Origin: Kiritimatiellia bacterium
GTDB lineage: Bacteria; Verrucomicrobiota; Kiritimatiellia; JAAZAB01
DNA length: 64,000 nucleotides
Direction: 5' to 3'
Assembly (NCBI GenBank): GCA_040767085.1
Contig: JAXGPF010000016.1
Span: forward strand, 1 to 64,000
The notes beneath the pieces were generated by a model. That model was not told where the DNA came from. It made no database searches and saw nothing but the letters and a program-made list of their open reading frames with translations. Numbering within the stretch: the stretch's first letter is position 1; each line of letters begins with the position of its first letter. The position numbers were made by a program, and so were the translations under genes. Below, piece after piece: positions 18,189 to 27,060 of this stretch.

Positions 18189-18848
18189 ATGAAAATTGAC
18201 TTGCTGGCCGTCACGGAAAAGGCCGAACAACTGATCGAATTCGCCGCCCGCGTATGTTACCGCAGCCATCCATCCGCGCAGGAGGGCAGCGCCGAAAAAC
18301 TGATCGGGCGCCTGCTGGCCATGGGCCATGAGTCGCCCCTGGAACACGCCTCCGCCACTTTCCATATCCAGGGCTGTTCCCGCGCCATGTCCCATCAACT
18401 GGTCCGGCATCGCATGATGTCGGTCTCTCAGCAAAGCCAGCGCTACGTCCAGGAAGCCTGTTTCGAGTTCGTCACCCCGCCGTCGCTGCCGGCGGACTCC
18501 CGCGCGGAATTTGCCCGGGACATGGAGTCCATCCGGGCCATGTATGCCAAGTGGAAAAATTCCGGCTTGAAGAATGAAGACGCGCGCTTCGTGCTGCCGA
18601 ATGCCTGCGCCACCAATATCGTGATCACCGCCAACTTCCGCGAATTCCGGCACATCTTCAAATTGCGCTGCGCCCGCAACGCCCAGTGGGAAATCCGGGA
18701 GGCCTGTGCGCACATGCTGCGGTTGCTGCACCAGCACGCGCCGGCGGTTTTCGACGACCTGATGCCGCTGGTTGCGGAAACGGCGGAGGCGCCATCCGGG
18801 CATTCCGCCGGCAGCGGCGCTGGTCCAACTGGCTGCTTGCCGGGATGA
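18189..18848 (+). CDS. thyX: FAD-dependent thymidylate synthase
   Basis: GHESPLEH, RHRMMSVSQQSQRY, EDARFVLP, LR...AQWEIR motifs. Confidence 0.95.
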   Translation: MKIDLLAVTEKAEQLIEFAARVCYRSHPSAQEGSAEKLIGRLLAMGHESPLEHASATFHIQGCSRAMSHQLVRHRMMSVSQQSQRYVQEACFEFVTPPSLPADSRAEFARDMESIRAMYAKWKNSGLKNEDARFVLPNACATNIVITANFREFRHIFKLRCARNAQWEIREACAHMLRLLHQHAPAVFDDLMPLVAETAEAPSGHSAGSGAGPTGCLPG

Positions 18849-19020
18849 TCCCGCTGATGCACCTGAGTTACGGCCTGGCGGAATGGCGGGAGTTTTTTAC
18901 GCCCCGGCCGCGATTTCAGCGGCACTTTGAACCCCAAAGCGCCTTAGTACGGGCGACAGGCTTGCCATCCTCCCGTGAGGTGGTGCAGGCTTGATTTCAA
19001 AAGTCGTCCCCTGCCACCTT

Positions 19021-19070
19021 TTCAGGCAAAATAATCTGCGCTAATCTGCGTAATCTGCGGACAAAAAATA
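19021..19070 (+). repeat. Family A repeat (AATCTGCG 9-nt period) overlapping the hddC 3' end
   Basis: TTCAGGCAAAATAATCTGCGCTAATCTGCGTAATCTGCGGACAAAAAATA; 5 mismatches versus 24593-24642. Confidence 0.85.
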
Positions 19071-19757
19071 ATCCGCCATCCGCTGCAATCCTTCCGGCGT
19101 GCCCATGTCCAGCAGGGGCGGCGGCGCGGACCAGGCTTGGACGCGGCCGGCGGCCGCCAATCCGGGAAACACATCCCGCTCCAGCGAGAACGGCGGCGGC
19201 GCGGATGGCAGTTCCGCCGGCAAACTCCGTCCAACCAGGTAAAACCCGCCGTTCACCCAACCGGCAGCGGCCGCGGCCTTTTCCCGAAACGCCCGGACGG
19301 TCCCACCGGCGTCAAACTCCACCAAACCGTACCGGCCGCTGTCCGTCACCGGGGCCACGGCCATGGTCACTGCGGCGGCGGCGCGCCGGTGGACGGCCAA
19401 CATCCCCGGCAAATCCAACCGCGGCAGCAGGCTGTCGCCATTCACCACTAAAAACGGATCGGTATGAATATGTGACGCCGCAAAACGCAGGCCGCCGCCC
19501 GTGCCCAACGGGGCGGGTTCCACGGAAATCGTCACGGGCATCGGCGGGCGCGCGGCGGCCAGCCAATCCTGCAGGCAGCCGGCGCGATGGCCGGCCGCCA
19601 GGTGCGCGGAACTGACGCCGCAAGCCGCCAACCATTCCAGTTGGCGGTCCAGGAACACCCGCCCGCCCACGGGCGCCAGGGCCTTGGGACGGTCGGGGAA
19701 TAATCCCGCCAGGCGGGTACCCAGCCCGCCGATTAAGATCATTGCCTGGATGTTCAT
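19041..19757 (-). CDS. hddC: Sugar-phosphate nucleotidyltransferase, probably heptose-1-phosphate guanylyltransferase
   Basis: GGLGTRL...PKAL, EPAPLGTGG, VNGDS, RYG, FREK, NGGFY, SLERDVFP and DMGTPE motifs; hddA is in the window. Confidence 0.75.
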   Translation of the reverse strand: MNIQAMILIGGLGTRLAGLFPDRPKALAPVGGRVFLDRQLEWLAACGVSSAHLAAGHRAGCLQDWLAAARPPMPVTISVEPAPLGTGGGLRFAASHIHTDPFLVVNGDSLLPRLDLPGMLAVHRRAAAAVTMAVAPVTDSGRYGLVEFDAGGTVRAFREKAAAAAGWVNGGFYLVGRSLPAELPSAPPPFSLERDVFPGLAAAGRVQAWSAPPPLLDMGTPEGLQRMADYFLSADYAD

Positions 19758-19777
19758 GTCTTTGTTACTATACCGCC
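19758..19777. promoter_or_regulatory. Overlapping bidirectional -10 elements
   Basis: Plus strand TGnTACTAT (19763-19771) 6 nt before ATG 19778; minus strand TATAGT (19772-19767) 9 nt before ATG 19757. Confidence 0.55.
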
Positions 19778-22006
19778 ATGTCAAATGATATAACAAGCAA
19801 AAATGCCCCGCGGCTCTTCGGCGCGTTTGGCGGAGTTTTCACCCCGGCGATCCTGACGATCTTGGGCGTAATCATGTTTCTGCGCGCGGGCTATGTTGTC
19901 GGGCAGGCCGGCGTATACCAAGCGCTGGTCATCCTGGCGGCGGCGGAGATGATCGTGCTGTTGACGGCGATTTCCATGGCGGCCATCGCCACCAATATGC
20001 CCGTGAAAGGCGGCGGCGCATATTTCTTGATTTCGCGCACGCTCGGCCCACAATTCGGCGGCGCCATCGGCCTGGCGTTGTACCTGGCGCAGGCGCTTTC
20101 CGTGCCGTTTTACATCCTGGGTTTTGTGCAAAGCGCGGTGTTTATTTTCCCAGCGCTTGCGCCTTATTTTCAGGAATTGGCCCTGCTGGCCGCCCTGCTG
20201 CTGTTTGTCGTGGTATACAAGGGCGCGGATTGGGCCATCCGCGCCCAATACGCCGTCATGGCGATACTGGGTCTTTCGATTCTGGCATTCCTCGCCGGCC
20301 TGGCGCTGCATTTCGATGCCAACCGTCTGGCCGCCAACTGGCCGGCGGGTTACACCGGCCCCGGCCTGCATTTCTGGAGCATGTTCGCGATTTACTTTCC
20401 CGCCGTCACGGGCATCATGGCCGGAATCAACATGTCCGGCAACCTGCGTGACCCGGGGCGCGCGCTGGTGCGCGGCACGTTTGCGGCAATCGGCGTTGGC
20501 GCCCTGGTTTATCTGGTGGAAATTATTTTATACGGCGGGGCCGTAACGCGCGCGGAATTGATTGCCGATCCCTTCGGTGTATTGCAGCGGCTGGCCCCGG
20601 CCGGGACCGGATTTCTGGTGGCGGCGGGAGTGTTTGCCGCCACCATTTCCAGCGCCATCGGCTCGCTGCTGACAGCGCCGCGCGTCTTGCAGGCGCTGGC
20701 GCGCGACCGGATCATCCCCGGCCTCTCGCCTTTCGCGCGCGGCGCCGCCGAGCCGCGCGCCGCCCTCTGGCTGACTTTGCTCGCCACCATCGCCCTGATC
20801 GCGGCGGTGGGCGGCGGCGACTCGCTGCACGCCTTCGATTTTGTCGCGGAAGTTGTGACGATGCTGTTCCTTGGCACTTACGGCATGATCAACATGGCCG
20901 CCTTCATCGAATCGCTCGGCGCCAATCCTTCCTTCCGGCCGCGCTTCAAATTATACCATTGGCTGGCGGCGCTGGCGGGCATGCTGGCCTGCCTGGGCGC
21001 CATGCTGCTCATCAATGCCGGATCGGCGCTGGCGGCGGCGGCGCTGATTGCCGGACTGTACTTCCTGATCAGCCGCCGAATTTACGCCGCGGCTTTCGGG
21101 GATGCCCGGCGCGGCTTCATCTACAACATCATCGCGCGCAACCTGCTGCGCTTGAGGACCATGCGCGCGCACCCGAAGAACTGGCGCCCGTCGCTGCTTG
21201 TGATGTCCGGCAATCCGGATACCCGCCCGAGCCTGATGCAATACGCCGCCTGGCTGGAAGCCCGGCGCGGCCTGCTGGCGGCCGCCGAGATCATCATCGG
21301 CGATTTGCGGGAGAAAGCGGGGTTGCGCGGCGTGGCGCAGGCCGCCATGGAAAAACTGCTGCGTAATTACACGGATAACGCCTTTGCGGAAGTGATCGTT
21401 GCCGCCAACCTCGACGAGGGCATCCGGGTGCTGGCGCAGGCGCATTCCATCGGTCCGATCAAGCCCAATACCGTCCTGTTTGGCTGGCCGAGCGACCAGG
21501 CGCGCATCGGCCCGTTCGTCCGCCATTTACAGGACCTGGCTCTGCTCGGCAAAAGCCTGGTGTGCGTCATTGACCAGCAAGGGGGTGTCGGCGCCGCCGT
21601 GCCCGCGGCCCGGCGCATCGACGTCTGGTGGCGCGGCAAACGCAATGGATCGCTGATGCTGATCCTGGCTTACCTGCTGACGCGCAATTGGGAATGGAGC
21701 AACGCCGAAATCCGGATTCTGCGCCAGGTTGAACAGCCCGCCGCGCGCGATGCCTCGCTGCAGGCGTTGACAGCCTTGATCCAAACGGCGCGCATCCCGG
21801 CTGAAGCCGCGGTGGTGGTCAGTAACGAGCCCTTCGCCGCGGTCCTGCGCCGGCATTCACAAGATGCCGGCGCTGTATTCCTGGGGTTTGATATCCCCGC
21901 GGATGCGGCGGCCGCGGCTTTTCATGAAAATTACTCGCGGATGACCGCGGGCCTGCCTCCGATTCTGCTCGTGCATTCCAGCGGCGAAGCGGATTTGCTG
22001 GCGTAG
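19778..22006 (+). CDS. Prokaryotic cation-chloride cotransporter (SLC12/CCC-like, APC superfamily)
   Basis: FGAFGGVFTP..LTILGVIMFLR, GGAYFLISRTLG..FGG.IG, FPAVTGIMAG.NMSG, FRP.F, KNWRP, PNTVLFGW and IDVWW motifs. Confidence 0.88.
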   Translation: MSNDITSKNAPRLFGAFGGVFTPAILTILGVIMFLRAGYVVGQAGVYQALVILAAAEMIVLLTAISMAAIATNMPVKGGGAYFLISRTLGPQFGGAIGLALYLAQALSVPFYILGFVQSAVFIFPALAPYFQELALLAALLLFVVVYKGADWAIRAQYAVMAILGLSILAFLAGLALHFDANRLAANWPAGYTGPGLHFWSMFAIYFPAVTGIMAGINMSGNLRDPGRALVRGTFAAIGVGALVYLVEIILYGGAVTRAELIADPFGVLQRLAPAGTGFLVAAGVFAATISSAIGSLLTAPRVLQALARDRIIPGLSPFARGAAEPRAALWLTLLATIALIAAVGGGDSLHAFDFVAEVVTMLFLGTYGMINMAAFIESLGANPSFRPRFKLYHWLAALAGMLACLGAMLLINAGSALAAAALIAGLYFLISRRIYAAAFGDARRGFIYNIIARNLLRLRTMRAHPKNWRPSLLVMSGNPDTRPSLMQYAAWLEARRGLLAAAEIIIGDLREKAGLRGVAQAAMEKLLRNYTDNAFAEVIVAANLDEGIRVLAQAHSIGPIKPNTVLFGWPSDQARIGPFVRHLQDLALLGKSLVCVIDQQGGVGAAVPAARRIDVWWRGKRNGSLMLILAYLLTRNWEWSNAEIRILRQVEQPAARDASLQALTALIQTARIPAEAAVVVSNEPFAAVLRRHSQDAGAVFLGFDIPADAAAAAFHENYSRMTAGLPPILLVHSSGEADLLA

Positions 22007-22038
22007 GGCAAGCCAATTTCAAAAGCCGATCGGCAACA

Positions 22039-23061
22039 TCAGCCATACCCGGCGGGATTCCGGGATTGCCAGCGCCAGGCGTCGCGGCACATGTCCGCCA
22101 GGTCCAGTTCCGCGCGCCATCCCAGTTCCCGGTTGGCCCGGGACGGGTCGGCGTAACAGGCCGGCACATCGCCGGGCCGGCGCGGCGCAAAACGGCGAGG
22201 GATCGGCTTGCCGCACGCCCGCTCGAAAGCCGCCACGGCTTCTAAAACGCTGTAACCGCGGCCGGCGCCCAGGTTATACACCGCCAACCCCGGCTCGCGG
22301 TCAAGCCGCGCCAATGCCTTCAGATGGCCGCGCGCCAGGTCCACGACGTGGATGTAATCGCGCACCCCGGTGCCGTCGGGCGTGGGATAATCATTGCCGA
22401 ACACGGATAATTGTTCCAGGCGGCCGGCGGCCACCTGGCCGATATAGGGAAAAAGGTTGTTGGGAATGCCGTTGGGATCCTCGCCGATGCGGCCGCTGGA
22501 ATGCGCGCCCACCGGATTGAAATAACGCAGCAGCACGATCCGCCACGCGGGCTCGGACGCCTGCAGGTCGCGCAGAATCTCTTCGATCATCAGCTTGGTG
22601 CGGCCGTAGGGATTGGTTGCGCTCAGCGGAAAATCCTCCGTGATGGGCACCCGCTCCGGCACGCCATACACCGTGGCCGAGGAACTGAAAACCATCCGGC
22701 GCACGCCGGCGGCCTGCATGGCTTCGCACAGCGTCACCGTGCCGGCGATATTATTGCGGTAATACCGCAGCGGCTCCCGCACGGATTCCCCCACCGCCTT
22801 CAACCCGGCAAAATGAATGACGGCGTCAATGCGGTGGGCGGCAAAAATTTTATCCAGCGCGGCGCGGTCGGTCAAATCCGCCTCGTAAAACTCCGGCATC
22901 CGGCCGGCCAACTCGCCCGCCCGGCGGACGGCCTCGAACTTGCTGTTCGACAAATTATCCGCCACCACAACGTCCATCCCCGCCTGCAACAACTCCACGC
23001 AGGTATGGCTGCCGATGTATCCCGCCCCGCCGGTAGTGAGAATTTTCATGGATTCAGACAT
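22039..23061 (-). CDS. galE: UDP-glucose 4-epimerase
   Basis: [47 protein letters not shown] and [11 protein letters not shown] motifs. Confidence 0.96.
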   Translation of the reverse strand: MSESMKILTTGGAGYIGSHTCVELLQAGMDVVVADNLSNSKFEAVRRAGELAGRMPEFYEADLTDRAALDKIFAAHRIDAVIHFAGLKAVGESVREPLRYYRNNIAGTVTLCEAMQAAGVRRMVFSSSATVYGVPERVPITEDFPLSATNPYGRTKLMIEEILRDLQASEPAWRIVLLRYFNPVGAHSSGRIGEDPNGIPNNLFPYIGQVAAGRLEQLSVFGNDYPTPDGTGVRDYIHVVDLARGHLKALARLDREPGLAVYNLGAGRGYSVLEAVAAFERACGKPIPRRFAPRRPGDVPACYADPSRANRELGWRAELDLADMCRDAWRWQSRNPAGYG

Positions 23062-24007
23062 TCGCGTATTGGTTGCGGCGCAGCACCTGGTAGCCGCGGA
23101 TCAATTCCCGGATGCCCTGCGGCAGCGAGACTGCGGGGCGGAATCCGGCGCGCTCGATTTTTTCGTTGCTGACGATGTAATTGCGCTTGTCCGGATCTTC
23201 GCCTACCGGCGCCTCGAGGAAGGTGAAATCCGGGACCTGCTTCTGGATTTCACGGCACAACTCCAGCTTGGACAGGTTGGCATCGCTCAAGCCGACATTG
23301 TAAGCCTGGCCGCGCATCTGCTCGAAATTGTCCAGGGCGTGCAGAAACGCCCGCGCGACATCGCGCACATGGATGTAATTGCGCTTGAAATGCGCCTCGA
23401 ATAACACGACAAAACGGTCGGTGACCGCCCGGTATGTAAAATCGTTCACCAGCAAATCCAGGCGCATGCGCGGGCTGATGCCGAACACCGTCGCCAGGCG
23501 CAGCGACACCGCCCGGCCGTCCGCCAGCAGGGACTCCTCCAGTTCGGCTTTCAGCCGGCCATACAGGGAGATGGGCCGCAGGGGGGTTTCCTCCGTGCAG
23601 AAAATGCCGGACTGGCCGACGCCGTACCCGCTGTTGGTGGTGGGGGAAATAATGCGCGTGCGCGGCCCGGCATGGCGCAGCAGCATGCGCACGGCTTCCA
23701 GGTTGATGGAACGCGCCTCCAGCGGCCGCTGCGCGCACAGCGGCGCGCCTACCAGGCAGGCCAGGGGCATGATCGCATCCGCGGCGGCGGCCAGCGGCTT
23801 GATCAAAGCCTCATCGCGGACATCGCCGCGGATGATGGTCAAAAGGTCGTTATGGCAGCAATCCAGCAGGGACGTCTGCCCGTAAGTAAAATTATCCACC
23901 ACCGTCACGGCATGGCCGCGGGCCAGCAAGGCCGGGGTCAGCACGGCGCCGATATAACCGGCGCCGCCGGTCACCAGTATTTTTTTGATTGTATTTGCGT
24001 TAGACAT
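23054..24007 (-). CDS. NAD-dependent epimerase/dehydratase (extended SDR)
   Basis: [31 protein letters not shown] and DPDKRNY motifs; TTGACA-N17-TATATA-N7-ATG upstream. Confidence 0.88.
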   Translation of the reverse strand: MSNANTIKKILVTGGAGYIGAVLTPALLARGHAVTVVDNFTYGQTSLLDCCHNDLLTIIRGDVRDEALIKPLAAAADAIMPLACLVGAPLCAQRPLEARSINLEAVRMLLRHAGPRTRIISPTTNSGYGVGQSGIFCTEETPLRPISLYGRLKAELEESLLADGRAVSLRLATVFGISPRMRLDLLVNDFTYRAVTDRFVVLFEAHFKRNYIHVRDVARAFLHALDNFEQMRGQAYNVGLSDANLSKLELCREIQKQVPDFTFLEAPVGEDPDKRNYIVSNEKIERAGFRPAVSLPQGIRELIRGYQVLRRNQYANV

Positions 24008-24098
24008 GCCGTTATATATACCGCTCCGGCGCGGCAGTGTCAAATCCTGAATCCGCGCCGGGTGGGGGCTTTCAAAAAAGCAAATTTCAAAACAGAAG

Positions 24099-24562
24099 CA
24101 TCCCATAGAAAATCGCTTGATTCTCTCACAAAGCCACTAAGCCACAAAGAAGATGGGAATTGTTTACCACAGAGACGGATGAGCGGATGGAGGGATTAGC
24201 CATCCGCCTTCGCTCGGATGCTATGGCGGACACAGCCCGCCTTCGCTAAAGCTACGGGAGGGGCAAGCACAGGCACAGAAAAGAGCATATTGTGTAATGT
24301 AATTGAACGTGATGCCGCGCTGTCCGCCAGGCGGACATGGATCGGCTGACATTCTGATACACGAATTGTTTCGCGTATCAGCATGTCTGCCGATCCGTCA
24401 GACCGGCAGATGCCGGCCCGGCGCGGCAATTGGCAATACATCTGATCAATTTGCACATTTTGAGTATTTCTGTTTTAACTGTAAATTGAATAAATCTTTG
24501 TGCCTTCGTGTCTTTGTGTGAGTATTTCTGAATCTGTTGATTTACGCCAATTCTATGGGATG
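24099..24562. mobile_element. Composite non-coding element with 12-bp terminal inverted repeats, containing the long copy of family B and several REP-like hairpins
   Basis: CATCCCATAGAA (24099-24110) / TTCTATGGGATG (24551-24562); inner inverted CACAAAG-period arrays (24125-24149 / 24496-24522); CCGCCTTCGCT..GCTAYGG palindromes at 24203 and 24236; long imperfect hairpin 24339-24396. No clear target duplication. Confidence 0.6.
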
Positions 24563-24592
24563 ACAGTGATTCCAAAACTAACGTTTTACAAG

Positions 24593-24642
24593 TTCAGGCA
24601 AAGTAATCTGCGGAAATCTGCGTAATCTGCGGATCAAAAATA
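24593..24642 (+). repeat. Family A repeat (AATCTGCG 9-nt period)
   Basis: TTCAGGCAAAGTAATCTGCGGAAATCTGCGTAATCTGCGGATCAAAAATA, homologous to 19021-19070. Confidence 0.85.
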
Positions 24643-24676
24643 ATGACTCCGAAATAACAATAAGGGAGCGATTGGC

Positions 24677-25732
24677 ATGATCAAGGTAAAAATCATCGGC
24701 GCGGGCGGCTACGGCGGTATCGGCATTATTGAACTGTTAATGAACCATCCGGAAGCGCGCATTGTCCGCCTGGCCGACATTAATGACATCGGCACGCCGA
24801 TCAGCCGGCTTTACCCGCACCTGGACCGGCTGTGCAACCTGACGATCACGGATGCCGCCCAGCCGGACGCGGAAAAACCGGACGTGGTTTTCATGGCGAC
24901 GCCCGACGGCGTCGGCATGCGGGCCGCCCCCGCCGAACTGGCCGCCGGCGCCCGGGTGATTGATTACAGCGGCGATTTCCGGTTCAACACGCCGGCCGCT
25001 TATGCCGATTACGCCACGCGCATCGGGCGCAATCCGGCGCACGCCGCGCCGGACTTGCTGCCGCAGGCAGTGTATGGGCTGGCGGAATTACACCGCGCCG
25101 AACTGGGCCAGCAAACACGTGTTGTCGGCAATCCCGGCTGTTTTGCCGTGAGCTGCATCCTCGGTCTGGCCCCGGCCGTGCAGCGCCGCCTGGTCAATCC
25201 CGGCCGGCTGATCTGCGACTGCAAGACCGGCGTTTCCGGCGCCGGCAAGAAGGCGGCGCCCGCATTCCATTACCCGGCCCGCTACGAAAACATCAACGCC
25301 TACAAACTGGCCGGCCACCAGCATGTCTGCGAAATCGAACGCGAGTTGGGCCTGCTGGCTGGCCGGGAAGCCCGCGTGACCTTCACCGCCCAGGTGGTGC
25401 CCATCTGCCGCGGCATCATGTCCACCCTGTACGGCGAACTGGCCGCCGGCGTCAAGCCGGCCGACATCCTGGACGCCTACCGGGAATTTTACAAAGACAG
25501 CGTCTTTGTCCGGCTTTACGGCCCGGAGGCCGCCATCGGCACCATCCATGTCCGCGGCACGAATTTCTGCAATTTGACGGTGGACGCCGATCCGCGCACG
25601 GGCACACTGCGCATTGTCTCCCATATCGACAACCTGATGAAAGGCCAGGCCGGCTCGGCCTTGCAGAACATGAACCTGCTGTTCGGCCTGCCGGAAGACG
25701 CCGGCCTGAAAAATCCCGGGCGCTATCCGTGA
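24677..25732 (+). CDS. argC: N-acetyl-gamma-glutamyl-phosphate reductase
   Basis: GAGGYGG, DYSGDFR, YGLAEL, NPGC, GVSGAG, HQH..EI and IDNLMKGQAG.A.QNMN motifs. Confidence 0.95.
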   Translation: MIKVKIIGAGGYGGIGIIELLMNHPEARIVRLADINDIGTPISRLYPHLDRLCNLTITDAAQPDAEKPDVVFMATPDGVGMRAAPAELAAGARVIDYSGDFRFNTPAAYADYATRIGRNPAHAAPDLLPQAVYGLAELHRAELGQQTRVVGNPGCFAVSCILGLAPAVQRRLVNPGRLICDCKTGVSGAGKKAAPAFHYPARYENINAYKLAGHQHVCEIERELGLLAGREARVTFTAQVVPICRGIMSTLYGELAAGVKPADILDAYREFYKDSVFVRLYGPEAAIGTIHVRGTNFCNLTVDADPRTGTLRIVSHIDNLMKGQAGSALQNMNLLFGLPEDAGLKNPGRYP

Positions 25733-27060
25733 CGCGGAAATACCACCTCGTCGGCGCGGCGGGAGTCGGCATGAATCCGCTGGCGCAGCTGCTGCTGGCG
25801 GAAGGATACAGCGTCAGCGGCTCCGACCGGTTCCTGGACCAGGGCGCGGCGCCCGCGGCGCTGCAATTGCTGCAGCGGCAGGGATTGATGCTGTGTCCCC
25901 AGGATGGCTCCGGCGCCGTTCCCGGCCTCGACGCCGTGGTGGTCAGCACCGCCATTGAAGACGACAACCCGGACATCGCCGCCGCCCGCCGGCATAACAT
26001 TCCCGTGCTGCACCGGACGGAACTCCTGGCGCAACTGGCCGCGCCGCACATGTTGATCGGCGTGACCGGCACCGCCGGCAAGACCACGGTGACCGGCATG
26101 ATCGGCTGGACCCTGGAACAACTGGGCGCCGATCCCACGGTGGTCAATGGCGGCGCCCTGCTCGATTGGCGCGCGCCGGACCGGATCGGCAATTTCCGCC
26201 GTGGCCGGTCGGACTGCTGGGTGCTGGAACTGGATGAAAGCGACCGCTCGCTCCTGCGGTTTAATCCCGATTGGGCGGTAATCACCAATGTCTCCCAGGA
26301 TCATTTCGCATTGGCCGAAGTCGAGGCGCTCTTTAACCGTTTTGCCGCCCAGGTGCGCCGCGGGCTGATCGGCCGCACGCCGCCGCCGCCGGACTTTCAA
26401 ACAACGCCCTCCGGCCAAGGCATCCGTTTCCGGCTGGAGGGAGTGGATTTTCAATTGCGGGTGCCGGGCCGGCATAACGCCGCAAACGCCCGGCATTGCG
26501 CGCTGCTATGCGCGCGGCTGGGGTACCGCCTGCCCGATATCAGCGCCGCGCTGGCGGAATTTCACGGCATCGAGCGGCGCCTGGAATACATCGGGCGCGC
26601 CGGCGGGGTGGATATCTACGACGATTACGCCCACAATCCGGCCAAAATCGCGGCCGCCTGGGAAACCCTGGCGCACAACCACCAGCGCGTGGTGGCGGTG
26701 TGGCGGCCGCACGGCTACGGCCCGCTGCGGCTGATGTGGGACGACTTGCTGGCGGGCTTCACCCGCCTGGCCGGCGCCGCCGGCGCCCCGCTGTTTCTGC
26801 TCCCGGTGTTTTTTGCCGGGGGCACGGCGGACCGCCGGGTCGGTGCGGCGGACCTGGCGGCGGCGCTGCAGCAAGCCGGCGTCAATGCCCGCCATCCCGC
26901 GGATTATCCGGCGCTGGCCGCGGAATTGCGGCAGGCTTTACAGCCGGGCGACGCATTACTCTTCCTGGGCGCCCGCGATCCCGAACTCCCCCGCTTCGCG
27001 CGCAACTTCCTCGCGGAGTTCCGCGGCTTCGCCGCGGGCGGTGCGTCCGGTGTTGGATGA
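25729..27060 (+). CDS. Mur ligase, MurC/Mpl-like paralogue
   Basis: GAAGVGM, VSGSD, GTAGKTTVT, ELDESD, G.HN..NA, RRLE and DDYAHNP motifs; GTGA overlap with argC. Confidence 0.85.
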   Translation: MTRKYHLVGAAGVGMNPLAQLLLAEGYSVSGSDRFLDQGAAPAALQLLQRQGLMLCPQDGSGAVPGLDAVVVSTAIEDDNPDIAAARRHNIPVLHRTELLAQLAAPHMLIGVTGTAGKTTVTGMIGWTLEQLGADPTVVNGGALLDWRAPDRIGNFRRGRSDCWVLELDESDRSLLRFNPDWAVITNVSQDHFALAEVEALFNRFAAQVRRGLIGRTPPPPDFQTTPSGQGIRFRLEGVDFQLRVPGRHNAANARHCALLCARLGYRLPDISAALAEFHGIERRLEYIGRAGGVDIYDDYAHNPAKIAAAWETLAHNHQRVVAVWRPHGYGPLRLMWDDLLAGFTRLAGAAGAPLFLLPVFFAGGTADRRVGAADLAAALQQAGVNARHPADYPALAAELRQALQPGDALLFLGARDPELPRFARNFLAEFRGFAAGGASGVG

